Shown piece after piece: positions 9,686 to 18,089 of a stretch of DNA of 64,000 nucleotides (position 1 is the first letter of the stretch; the number at the start of each line of letters is the position of its first letter). The DNA is taken from contig OZ242005.1 of the NCBI GenBank assembly GCA_965204725.1, forward strand, positions 3,968,001 through 4,032,000. Reading direction: 5' to 3'. The stretch is from Candidatus Latescibacterota bacterium. GTDB lineage: Bacteria; Latescibacterota; UBA2968; UBA8231. Under the pieces are notes generated by a model, which was not told the DNA's origin, did no database searches, and saw nothing but the letters and a program-made list of their open reading frames with translations. Both the position numbers and the translations under genes were made by a program.

Positions 9686-10170
9686 GGGCCTGCCCCCGCG
9701 TCTGTGGCGACTGGGAATCTGGCCGCCTGCCAAGCTGGCCAACCGCCCGTCAGAACATAGACTTCACTGCGGATCGACTCTTTGACGAGCCGCTTGGCTA
9801 GTGTGTAGCTGCTCCGGCAACCGCCTCCTGAACAGTAAGTGATGACTCGGGTGTCAGCCGGGTAAGACGCCAGTGTTTGGCGCAAGCTATCCGCAGAAGC
9901 ATGGGAAGGCAGGTGCAATGCTCTAGGGATATGACCGTCCTCATAAGCGTGCGTTGAGCGTGCGTCCACAAACACTACGTCGCCTTGGTCGAAAGCCTGC
10001 TTGGCCACGGGCACGGCCAGCCGATGAACGCCCTGCATGGCCCCAAGAGTCACATCGGCCTCTAGTTCCGCTATAGAGAACTGCTTGGTATAGAACCAGA
10101 TCACCCATGCGCTGCCAGCCAGCACGACCAGCCAGAGGATCAGCCCCATTCTGAGTAGCAGGCGGCTCAT
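9682..10170 (-). CDS. Membrane-anchored rhodanese-like protein
   Basis: ATG 10170 with AGGAG RBS; N-terminal TM; FVDARS, YEDGHIPRA, YCSGGGC, LTGGWPAW. Confidence 0.88.
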   Translation of the reverse strand: MSRLLLRMGLILWLVVLAGSAWVIWFYTKQFSIAELEADVTLGAMQGVHRLAVPVAKQAFDQGDVVFVDARSTHAYEDGHIPRALHLPSHASADSLRQTLASYPADTRVITYCSGGGCRSSYTLAKRLVKESIRSEVYVLTGGWPAWQAARFPVATDAGAGP

Positions 10171-10181
10171 GCGGTTTGCTC

Positions 10182-11921
10182 CTAGGCAGCCTCTTGCTGG
10201 TGGTGAACAAACTGGGTGTAATAGCCCGGCTGTTGGCGCAGCACTTCCGGCGGCCCCTGCTCGACCACTTGACCGTTGGACAGGCAAATCACCTCATCCA
10301 CACCTTGTACCGCACTGAGCCGGTGGCTAATTAAGAGAATCGTTTGGTCGCGGTATAGGTGCTGGATGCGCTGGAAGAGGGCGGCCTCGCTTTCGGAGTC
10401 GAGTGCTGCGGTGGCTTCGTCCAAGATAAGCAGGTCCACTGGTTGCAGCAGGGTGCGAGCTAACGCAATGCGCTGGCACTGGCCGCCGGAAAGTTGGACG
10501 CCCTGTTCACCGATTTCCGCCTGCATGTCCAAGCCATTTAGCCCCACTTGCTCGCTCACCCGTTCGACTTCCGCTGGCTCGCACTTGAAGTTCCCGTAGA
10601 GGATGTTGTCTCCTACCGCATCGTTAAGTAGATGAACATGCTGACTGACTAAGCCGATGTGCGCTCTCAATTCGCGCAGGCTTATCTCTTCAAACGGCAC
10701 ACCGTCTATAAGGATGCGGCCTTGATCCGGCTGATAGAACCCACACAACATATTGGCTAGAGTTGTCTTGCCACTGCCGCTCATGCCGACTAAGGCGTAG
10801 CTTTTGCCCTTGACGAGCTTCAGGTTCACACCCTGCAAAATAGATTGGTCTCCGAAGCGGAAGTGAACATCTTGCAGTTCAATGGTGTGCTCATAGACGA
10901 AGGATTTGTGGCCGTTGTGCATCGCCTCTTGAGTGGGCAACTGCATGAATTCCAACACCCGTCGCATAGAGACCAAGCCCCGCACTAAGTCCATGTACAA
11001 ATCGTGTAGTCCGCTAACCGGACCAAACAAACGCGAAGTGTACTGAAGAAAGGCAATGAGAGTTCCGATCGTCATCGCGCCCTGCATTACTTGATAACTG
11101 CCCCAGCCCATGATGAATACTGGAGTTAGAGCCACTAGCCCCGACGAAATCGTGCGCATGGAAGCCGAGTATAGCACGTTGCGCATGGAGAATACGATCA
11201 GATCGTTAAGGGCCGAGCGAAAGCGATGCCTTTCATAGCTGTCGCTGTTGGAAAGTTGTATCAACGGGATGTGACTAAACCGCCCGATAACATAGCTAGA
11301 AAGTTTGGCCCCTTGTTGCTGAATGGATTCGACGACCCTTCTGATCTTGGGCTGAAAATAGAGCAGATTCGCCACAAATAAGGGGAGGACCACGATGGAA
11401 AGCAGAAAAAGGGTGACATCCAGCCAGCACAGGACGGCCACGAGACCTATCAAGGTCAGTACGCTATGTAGAAAACGCATGACACTTGCCGTCAACACCG
11501 ACTGGATTATGCCCACATCGCTGTTGAGGCGGAAGACGATGTCGCCGACGGTATGTCGATGGTGGAATCTGAGCGGCAAGTGCATGAGATGCTGGAACAG
11601 TTCGACGCGGATGTTCCGGACGATGCGGTTGCCGGCCCAAGCGTACAGGTAGTCAGAGGCGAAGGATAGGATCAAACGGGTGATGGTAATACCTAGTAGG
11701 ATGGCGAGGGCAACCAGCAGTGGGTAAAGCTGTTTGGCTGGCACAATTTTATCAATGACGGTTTTTAAAATGTAAGGAGGTGCTAGAGAACCGACTGTGA
11801 TACACAGTACACAGAACAGTACCACAATCCCTTGATACCAATAAGGAATTAGAAAATGCAGGAAAAAGCCGATAGTAAACCGGGCTGTTTTAGTTTTAGG
11901 CGTAGGCATGAGAGATCTCAA
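10182..11921 (-). CDS. ABC exporter, fused permease/ATPase (no C39 peptidase domain)
   Basis: Six-TM domain, Walker A GMSGSGKT, LSGGQ signature, LILDEAT, SHRL. Confidence 0.95.
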   Translation of the reverse strand: MRSLMPTPKTKTARFTIGFFLHFLIPYWYQGIVVLFCVLCITVGSLAPPYILKTVIDKIVPAKQLYPLLVALAILLGITITRLILSFASDYLYAWAGNRIVRNIRVELFQHLMHLPLRFHHRHTVGDIVFRLNSDVGIIQSVLTASVMRFLHSVLTLIGLVAVLCWLDVTLFLLSIVVLPLFVANLLYFQPKIRRVVESIQQQGAKLSSYVIGRFSHIPLIQLSNSDSYERHRFRSALNDLIVFSMRNVLYSASMRTISSGLVALTPVFIMGWGSYQVMQGAMTIGTLIAFLQYTSRLFGPVSGLHDLYMDLVRGLVSMRRVLEFMQLPTQEAMHNGHKSFVYEHTIELQDVHFRFGDQSILQGVNLKLVKGKSYALVGMSGSGKTTLANMLCGFYQPDQGRILIDGVPFEEISLRELRAHIGLVSQHVHLLNDAVGDNILYGNFKCEPAEVERVSEQVGLNGLDMQAEIGEQGVQLSGGQCQRIALARTLLQPVDLLILDEATAALDSESEAALFQRIQHLYRDQTILLISHRLSAVQGVDEVICLSNGQVVEQGPPEVLRQQPGYYTQFVHHQQEAA

Positions 11922-12706
11922 AGATCGGCTAAGATATGGCGGCCTTTTATAATGTCTAATAGGGACACGCCCTCCAGCGTTTTTAACGGCGAATCGGCGA
12001 AGCTGGCGGTCTTAATCTCAAGAGCCGGTAGGTGAATAGAGATGAGTTTCCAGAAAAAGAGTTGGGTGAATTGTTCTCGACCAACTAATGGGTAGTGGCA
12101 CTGGAGAATGGTCTGGCGTTCGTCAACGAGAAAAATCGCCGGCGTCCGCTCGAAGAGAGCCGCATAATCTTCCTCATAGTCCTGTATGGTTCCCACTTGG
12201 TATTTGAGCTTGAACGCCCGTGAAAATTGAGCAGCAGCCGATGGCACTGAGGACAGCGCATAGATGGGCAGTTGAGCTGGATTTTCTATATGGTCATAGA
12301 CATGTTGTAGAGTCTCTAATACTATTTCCAAGCATGGCTGACAGGAAGAGGGATTGAAGAGGACGACGATACAGCCTTGGGTTCCGGCGAAGTTGGTGTG
12401 CAGTGTGTCTTCTTTGACTTGAAATGGGATCGAGGGAAAAGACTGGCCAACCCATTGGCTAGCTTTGAAGGTGCTGATGGCGTAGGTGCGGTAATTCCGC
12501 ATATCTACGAGATAGATTTTGCCGAACCAAGCTACTACGGTAGTCAGGGCGACGAGTTGTAGTAAGTTGGTGGCGACCAACAGCTTCAGTAGTATTTTAT
12601 GTTGCATGGTAGCAACCGACGATTTGGGTGGCCCGGTCCCAGTGCTGGGACCGGACCGCTGCATGACCAAAGTATGGGCCTTGAAGTTAGAGGCCGATCC
12701 TAGCAC
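11918..12706 (-). CDS. Membrane-anchored thioredoxin-fold (AhpC/TSA/TlpA-like) protein
   Basis: Hydrophobic N-terminal segment, VVLFNPSSCQPC (CxxC), RTPAIFLVD cis-Pro region; true start may be ATG 12607 or 12664. Confidence 0.7.
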   Translation of the reverse strand: MLGSASNFKAHTLVMQRSGPSTGTGPPKSSVATMQHKILLKLLVATNLLQLVALTTVVAWFGKIYLVDMRNYRTYAISTFKASQWVGQSFPSIPFQVKEDTLHTNFAGTQGCIVVLFNPSSCQPCLEIVLETLQHVYDHIENPAQLPIYALSSVPSAAAQFSRAFKLKYQVGTIQDYEEDYAALFERTPAIFLVDERQTILQCHYPLVGREQFTQLFFWKLISIHLPALEIKTASFADSPLKTLEGVSLLDIIKGRHILADL

Positions 12707-12897
12707 TTATCGCTCGTTTTGGTTGCGGGAGGAGTGCAGTCATCCCAAATATCCCAGTAATCTATTACGCACTCGTACTCTTCCGTACAAGCGTCGAAAT
12801 ACACTAACTCCCAGTCGCCCCCGTGAGAGCCCTCACGCTCGTAGGCCTGAACCAAGGCGGTGCGCCTGTTTGGGGTTTTCTTGCTGAGTGTTTTCAT
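12700..12897 (-). CDS. Putative RiPP precursor peptide, 65 aa, CLI_3235-like leader
   Basis: ATG 12897 preceded by AAGGAG; MKTLSKKTPNRRTALVQAY followed by EREGSHGGDWELVYFDACTEEYECVIDYWDIWDDCTPPATKTSDKC; embedded in a protease/ACP/exporter operon. Confidence 0.8.
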   Translation of the reverse strand: MKTLSKKTPNRRTALVQAYEREGSHGGDWELVYFDACTEEYECVIDYWDIWDDCTPPATKTSDKC

Positions 12898-12969
12898 GAG
12901 ATTGCTCCTTAGTAAAGAGTGATGAATGATAGAACCAAGGCCCATAATACTGGTTCGTGATAGGATATC

Positions 12970-14130
12970 TTAGTTTATATCAAAGGACAGCGTATATGTC
13001 TCGACCGTGCCATTGGATATCTCCGCCCTTTCACTCGACGGTTCTCTCCATATATACAGATGCCCCTGCCAAGCGGCGACACTGTTCCAAGGGGCCATGT
13101 TGGACACGAGAGACTCTACCTTCGCTCTATCGAACGTATATGTCTCCATGTTAGACGAAGAGGTAAGATCGTAAAGTATCCACCATTGTGCATCTCTAGC
13201 CACTTGGTGAGAGACAAATAGATACCGATCGTCTATTAGGGTCATGTTTTTGAGCGTGGTCATCTCCAATCCATACATACCCTCAGACGAACCTCGCCCG
13301 ATGCTATGGTAGCGTTCAGGCAAGGAGACGAAGCCCTCTGGGCGCAGACCAAACTGCCGGATGATCTGTCCGGTGTCGGCGTCGATTTCCTTGACGAGGT
13401 AGTCGTTGGGGCCCAAGTAATACAGCCGATGCCGCGCTGGACTGTAGCGCACTTGGGCAAACGCGTTCATGCGGAAGGAGACAAACTGCTGTTCATCGGT
13501 GGACAGGGGGGTGCGATAGAGCGGTTCCCAAGTCGTGGGATCCAAACTCTGTATCTCCATGATCTTCATCGGGTTTGTTTTCAGCAGAAACACTTCGCCC
13601 GCCCGGCCGATTAAAAGCCGACTTCCCTTGAACGAACGCGTCCCATCTATGTACTGCCCTTGACGATCATAACGGACGATCTGGCCGAACGTCTTGTCAA
13701 GGATATATAGCCGGCCGTGTGAGTCTATGGCCATATTTCTAGGGGAACCATACTCGCCAGGGCCGCGTCCTTGCTGGCCAAAGGAGCGAATATAATGTCC
13801 ATCCGTGCGGCTAAACTCATGGGCTTGGTCACCGATGCTATCCGTGATCAGCAAGGTGCCCTCTGGCGAGAAGCTCAGCCAGCGTACACGTCCGATACCC
13901 GGGGAGTCCTCATCAAAGGCGAGTTCGATCTGCTGTTGAAAAATCACGTCGACCTCGCCGACATATTCAACGGGCGTTTGCGAAATGTTGGTCTCATCGA
14001 CTTCGCCGACTTGGTAGGCGGTGTACCACGCTTTGACGCTGTCGCGGATGTCGCTCCACAGTCCGGCGTCGGCTGCCGTGCTACCGAGGGCGACGAGGAA
14101 TGTGCAGATGTGAAAATTTCTGGCGTTCAT
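12970..14130 (-). CDS. Secreted 6-bladed beta-propeller (NHL-like) protein
   Basis: Signal peptide ending AADA; FGQQGRGPGEY motif; NHL-like repeats (MAIDSHGRLYILD, IVRYDRQGQYI). Confidence 0.8.
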   Translation of the reverse strand: MNARNFHICTFLVALGSTAADAGLWSDIRDSVKAWYTAYQVGEVDETNISQTPVEYVGEVDVIFQQQIELAFDEDSPGIGRVRWLSFSPEGTLLITDSIGDQAHEFSRTDGHYIRSFGQQGRGPGEYGSPRNMAIDSHGRLYILDKTFGQIVRYDRQGQYIDGTRSFKGSRLLIGRAGEVFLLKTNPMKIMEIQSLDPTTWEPLYRTPLSTDEQQFVSFRMNAFAQVRYSPARHRLYYLGPNDYLVKEIDADTGQIIRQFGLRPEGFVSLPERYHSIGRGSSEGMYGLEMTTLKNMTLIDDRYLFVSHQVARDAQWWILYDLTSSSNMETYTFDRAKVESLVSNMAPWNSVAAWQGHLYIWREPSSERAEISNGTVETYTLSFDIN

Positions 14131-14240
14131 AAGGTTTCGATCCTTTCGTTACTATAAAAATAGCAATCGTCGCGGTGCTTGTATATCGGGTGATCACCTG
14201 ATTTTTGGCTGATTCTTATCGGGTGATCACCTGATTTTTT
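14126..14240 (-). promoter_or_regulatory. Promoter/5'UTR copy 1 with two 18-bp palindromic operators (14185-14202, 14218-14235)
   Basis: ATCGGGTGATCACCTGAT twice with 33-bp period; on minus strand followed by TATACA-17bp-TATTTT (preceded by TG) and AAAGGA RBS. Confidence 0.75.
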
Positions 14241-14262
14241 AGCCAATCAGTACCGGCGAGCT

Positions 14263-14742
14263 TCAAGAGCCAGCCTCCGCGCCGGTTGCTGTAGGATACC
14301 CGGACTTCTTCCAAATCGGCCAGCCTCCCTTCAGGATGTAGATTTTCAGCTTGAACTCATCGGTTGATGCGCTGAAGAGGCGAGTGGTTAAGTTGCCGGT
14401 CTCGCAAACGGCTCGCTCGCAATAGACGATGATGCGAGCATCAGACGCTAAGACTTGGCGCAGGTGCTCAACAGGAGCATCATAAGGCAGATGCAACGCA
14501 CTGGGGATATGACCGGATTCGTATGCGGATGTTGAGCGCAAATCCACAAAGAGGGCGTCGCCGCGGTCAAGCTCCTGTTTGGCCTCGGCCGGGTCAATGC
14601 GGCTTGTTATAACTTCTGACGAGGGCTGACCTGAGCAGGACCAGAGGGCATACCCGCTGGCCAATGCGCCCAGCCATAGGAGGAAGCCGGCCTTGGTGAG
14701 GAGCCGCGGCCACGCTCGGCCTTTCTTGCTACGCTTTTTCAT
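14263..14742 (-). CDS. Second membrane-anchored rhodanese-like protein (paralog of 9682-10170)
   Basis: FVDLRS, YESGHIPSA, YCERAVC, LKGGWPIW; starts MKKRSKK at 14742 (TAAGGA RBS); in-frame upstream ATG at 14823. Confidence 0.82.
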   Translation of the reverse strand: MKKRSKKGRAWPRLLTKAGFLLWLGALASGYALWSCSGQPSSEVITSRIDPAEAKQELDRGDALFVDLRSTSAYESGHIPSALHLPYDAPVEHLRQVLASDARIIVYCERAVCETGNLTTRLFSASTDEFKLKIYILKGGWPIWKKSGYPTATGAEAGS

Positions 14743-14818
14743 GAGCTTGATCCTTAAAGAGGGAGGAGTGATGCAGGCGACGAGGAGCGTGCGGTCGTGA
14801 GAATGAGAATCGGTAGTG

Positions 14819-14930
14819 TTCATAAGGCTCCGGTCCTTTCGTTGTGATAAAAATAGCAATCGCCACGGTGCTTGTATATCGGGTGATCACCTGATTTTTG
14901 GCCGGTTCTTATCAGGTAAACACCTGAATT
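14819..14930 (-). promoter_or_regulatory. Promoter/5'UTR copy 2 with two palindromic operators (14878-14895, 14911-14928)
   Basis: Near-identical to 14126-14240; ATCGGGTGATCACCTGAT and ATCAGGTAAACACCTGAA with the same 33-bp period. Confidence 0.75.
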
Positions 14931-15125
14931 TTTCCGAGAAAACGCTGATATTGGCTTGTGGCTGTGTGCGCGTCAGGACATAGACCACGCCACGATAGGT
15001 GATGGTTTGGGTCGCCGCCGGAGTTTATCGCAGGCGAGCTGCATGGGAAGGGTACAGGGTGCGGGAGGGACTAAGACCTCGATGGCAGGAGGCCTAGGCG
15101 TAGTCTCAAATGACTGCTGCTGTGC

Positions 15126-15776
15126 TTAGAGCGGCTCGTCCTCCCCATCCATCAGCCCTTCTCGGATCGCGTACGCTGTCAACGCGGTCGCACTGTGCAA
15201 GTCGAGCTTATCCATTATGTGCTGGCGATGAGTGCTGATGGTCTTTTCACTCACGTGGAGTGCCTCGGCTATTTGCGCGGTTGTCTTTCCTTCGGCGACG
15301 CATCGCAGCACTATGCGCTCGCGTGCCGTCAGGGGAGAAGGTTTGCTGGGGATAGTAGCGTTATGCGCGTGACTGGGGACGATGGGGTTGGTCAAGTGCG
15401 AACTCACGTACTCGCGGCCGGCTTGGACCTCCCAGAGTGCTTCTACCAACTCGTTGATGAAATTCGTTTTCAGCAGGTACGCCGAGCCGCCTGCCTCGAA
15501 TAGGCCATCTACAAAACGCTTGTCCGCGTGTTCCGACAGCACGACGAACTTAATATGCGGATACGTGGCCCGTATCTGGCGCGTCACCTCGATGCCGCTC
15601 AGGTCGGGTAGTCCTATGTCCACGATCACAATGTCGGGTTGATAGGCGGTGATCAAGTCAATGGCCGTGCGACCATCGGCGGCCTCGCCGATTACCTCAA
15701 TCCCGCTTTCTCGTTCGAGATGCGCGTACATTACTTGGCGCACCATAATATGGTCTTCCACTAGAAAAATCTTCAT
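15126..15776 (-). CDS. NarL/LuxR-family response regulator
   Basis: REC domain (VEDH, DIGLPDLSG, YLLK) plus LuxR HTH (LTARE...GKTTAQIA...SEKTISTHR). Confidence 0.95.
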   Translation of the reverse strand: MKIFLVEDHIMVRQVMYAHLERESGIEVIGEAADGRTAIDLITAYQPDIVIVDIGLPDLSGIEVTRQIRATYPHIKFVVLSEHADKRFVDGLFEAGGSAYLLKTNFINELVEALWEVQAGREYVSSHLTNPIVPSHAHNATIPSKPSPLTARERIVLRCVAEGKTTAQIAEALHVSEKTISTHRQHIMDKLDLHSATALTAYAIREGLMDGEDEPL

Positions 15777-16846
15777 GAGGAATGGCCCTCCTCTTCAGCC
15801 AAGGTGCTCGGAAGCGTTATCAGACAGCGCGTACCTTTTCCGAGCGTCGATTCGATCGTCAAATGACCACCGATATGGAGCAGATGCTCTTGAATACTGA
15901 ACAGACCGAAGTGATTGCCTTGGATCATCTGGTCCAGATGCGCGACATTAAAGCCCGCGCCCGCGTCTTCTACCACCACCTGTAATTGGTCTCCGTCTCG
16001 ACGCAGGGAAACGGTGGCTTGGTCTGTGTTGGCGTGCCGAGCGACATTGACCAGCAACTCGCGAATGGACCTGTACACTAAGCCGCGTATGTCGTGGCTG
16101 TGTATCTCCCATTTATCCTCGGCTTCCACGCGCACGGTCAACCCGTCCTGGGAATGGACGAGGTCGCCAAGAGCCTCTAGGCCTGGTACGAACCCTATGC
16201 CGTAGAGCACGGGTGAACTGCTATCGAATGTCATGTCCCGGATGATGTGAGCCATCTCGTCAGTTTTTTTCTCCAATGCATCAATCAAGGCTTCGCGCTC
16301 TGTGTCGTCGGCCTGCCGCAGTGCAGCGATATTGACCTTCGACAGTACCAGCATCTGCCCGATTGAATCGTGGAGAGCACTCCCAAGGCTCACCCGCTCG
16401 TGCTCCCTGTCGATTAAGAGCTTGGCCGCCAGCGTCTGCAACTTCTGGATATGTCTCTCCATGCGCCTGTGCTGGCTGATTTTGCGAATAACGCCTTGAT
16501 AGTATATGGGGGTCCCGTCCGCGGCTCGCCAAATCGAGGCCGTTATTAGCGAATCGAAGTGGTGCCCGGTGCGGGTTCTAAACGTCGCGGTAAAGTCGCG
16601 CACGAACTCTTCCCGTTCAATCTCTTCCCGAAACCGCTCGTACTCGTCTAGACTCGCGCAGAGGCTGCGAATGTTCGAGCCGAGCAAGTCGGCGCGTTCG
16701 TAGGCAAACAGGACGTTGGCGGCCTTGTTGGCATCGACGATGGTCCCGTCCTGCTCGGCAATGACGAGAGCGTCGGGCGACGCTTCAAATAAGCCGCGAT
16801 AGAGGGCTGGGTCGCGTCTCAATTTCTTCAGCTTAGGCTTGCACAT
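15773..16846 (-). CDS. Cytoplasmic PAS sensor histidine kinase (HisKA_3/NarX-type)
   Basis: ATG 16846 with AAAAGGTGG RBS; PAS (LFEASPDA...ANKAA), H-box LHDSIGQ, ELLVNVARHA, EDAGAGF, FGLFSI; no TM segment. Confidence 0.9.
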   Translation of the reverse strand: MCKPKLKKLRRDPALYRGLFEASPDALVIAEQDGTIVDANKAANVLFAYERADLLGSNIRSLCASLDEYERFREEIEREEFVRDFTATFRTRTGHHFDSLITASIWRAADGTPIYYQGVIRKISQHRRMERHIQKLQTLAAKLLIDREHERVSLGSALHDSIGQMLVLSKVNIAALRQADDTEREALIDALEKKTDEMAHIIRDMTFDSSSPVLYGIGFVPGLEALGDLVHSQDGLTVRVEAEDKWEIHSHDIRGLVYRSIRELLVNVARHANTDQATVSLRRDGDQLQVVVEDAGAGFNVAHLDQMIQGNHFGLFSIQEHLLHIGGHLTIESTLGKGTRCLITLPSTLAEEEGHSS

Positions 16847-16904
16847 GGATCCACCTTTTATGAGTTCGGGTATCCTGCTGCTAGTCCCGCTAGCCGATTC
16901 AAAA

Positions 16905-17531
16905 CTATGTCGGTTCTTCTCCATCCGCCAACTTTTGCCCCGCGCCCCGCGCCGCCCCATAGCTTTCCCGCGTATCCACATCCACGAAAATACCCTCGTC
17001 CTCAACGGGCACTTCCACAATATGGGCTGCGTTTTTTGCTAAGACCGGCCGCGCCCCCCGGTCGCCCGTCAACGCGAGCAAGGCGTCTCGATAGGCCCGG
17101 CCGATGGCCACGGGATGGCCGCGTCGTCCAGCGCACACCGGCACGGCGATAGCGCGTCTGCTTTTTAACGCCCCAGCGACCTTTTCCATCGTTCCCCCAG
17201 CGACCTGCGGCATATCCCCCAGCGCAAACAAATACCCTTTCTCGCCGCCGGTCGCTTCCACGCCCACCCTGATAGAGGCGGCCATCCCCTCGGCAAAATT
17301 TGGATTGTGTACCAGCCGCACGGGATAGCGGCTCAACGTTTCCTCTACCGCTGCCCGCTGATGCCCGGTCACCACAACGACCTCCCCCAAACCCACCGCG
17401 CAGATTCGCTCCACCACGACTTGGAGGACGCATCGGCCCTCCCAAGGCAGCAGCAACTTATTGGCCCCCTCCATCCGTGCGGAACGCCCGGCCGCCAGTA
17501 CGATCCCGCTAAGGTCTGCGAATCCGGTCAT
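16905..17531 (-). CDS. mocA: Molybdenum cofactor cytidylyltransferase (MocA-like NTP transferase)
   Basis: LAAGRSARM, NKLLL, LGDMP, GHPV, GDRGAR, DVDT; divergent from cox-like operon. Confidence 0.85.
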   Translation of the reverse strand: MTGFADLSGIVLAAGRSARMEGANKLLLPWEGRCVLQVVVERICAVGLGEVVVVTGHQRAAVEETLSRYPVRLVHNPNFAEGMAASIRVGVEATGGEKGYLFALGDMPQVAGGTMEKVAGALKSRRAIAVPVCAGRRGHPVAIGRAYRDALLALTGDRGARPVLAKNAAHIVEVPVEDEGIFVDVDTRESYGAARGAGQKLADGEEPT

Positions 17532-17558
17532 CCCAAGTTGGCCCGGTCGGCTGTTTAA

Positions 17559-17588
17559 TTGACAAGGATAGACAAAATTTTTTAATAT
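17559..17588 (+). promoter_or_regulatory. Putative sigma70 promoter of the cox-like operon
   Basis: TTGACA at 17559-17564 and AT-rich TTTAATAT at 17581-17588, 45 nt upstream of coxG. Confidence 0.5.
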
Positions 17589-17632
17589 CCATCGCGTCAT
17601 CCGCTTCTGGCCCTCAACCACAGCATCAGCCC

Positions 17633-18067
17633 ATGCAGTTTGCAGGCTCTCATACCTTTAGTGCCCCGCGGCAAATCCTGTGGGACTTGCTCAACGACCC
17701 CGAGGTCTTGGCGCGCATCACGCCGGGCGTCGATACCTTGGAGCAGACCGGCCCCAGCCAGTACCGAGCCGTGCTGCACATCAAAATGGGGCCGATCAAC
17801 AGTGCCTTCAACGGCGCGCTACAAGTCGTCGATAGCAAGGAGCCAGAAAGCTATCGTCTGCTCATTGATGTCGATGGCAAGATCGGCCAGATCAGGGCCG
17901 AGGGCCGCGTCCGGCTGGCCGACCAAGGGCGCGAGACCACGGTGGCTGTCGAGGGCGGCTCCCAGTTGACGGGCCGATTGGCGAGCATGGGCCAGCGCCT
18001 GCTCTCGGGCGTGGCGCGGATGTTTACCAACCAGTTTTTCAAGGCGCTGGAGCGCGAGATACCTTAA
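17633..18067 (+). CDS. coxG: CoxG-like SRPBCC/START protein
   Basis: WDLLNDPEVLARITPG, GRLASMGQRL motifs; in cox operon. Confidence 0.88.
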   Translation: MQFAGSHTFSAPRQILWDLLNDPEVLARITPGVDTLEQTGPSQYRAVLHIKMGPINSAFNGALQVVDSKEPESYRLLIDVDGKIGQIRAEGRVRLADQGRETTVAVEGGSQLTGRLASMGQRLLSGVARMFTNQFFKALEREIP

Positions 18068-18089
18068 TCCGATTCGATAGGAGGCGACT

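Noticed and set aside
12898-12945. Longer 81-aa version of the precursor
   Set aside because: The RBS lies directly before ATG 12897, and the paralogous start at 14742 matches that position
14185-14928. Four palindromic repeats as a possible mini CRISPR array
   Set aside because: Repeats are 18 bp with similar 15-bp spacers, occur in pairs at promoter positions, and no cas genes are present
1-14930. Assignment to a known RiPP class (lanthipeptide, lasso, sactipeptide/ranthipeptide, YcaO)
   Set aside because: No LanB/C/M, lasso cyclase, YcaO or radical SAM motifs in the window; such genes could lie beyond the left edge
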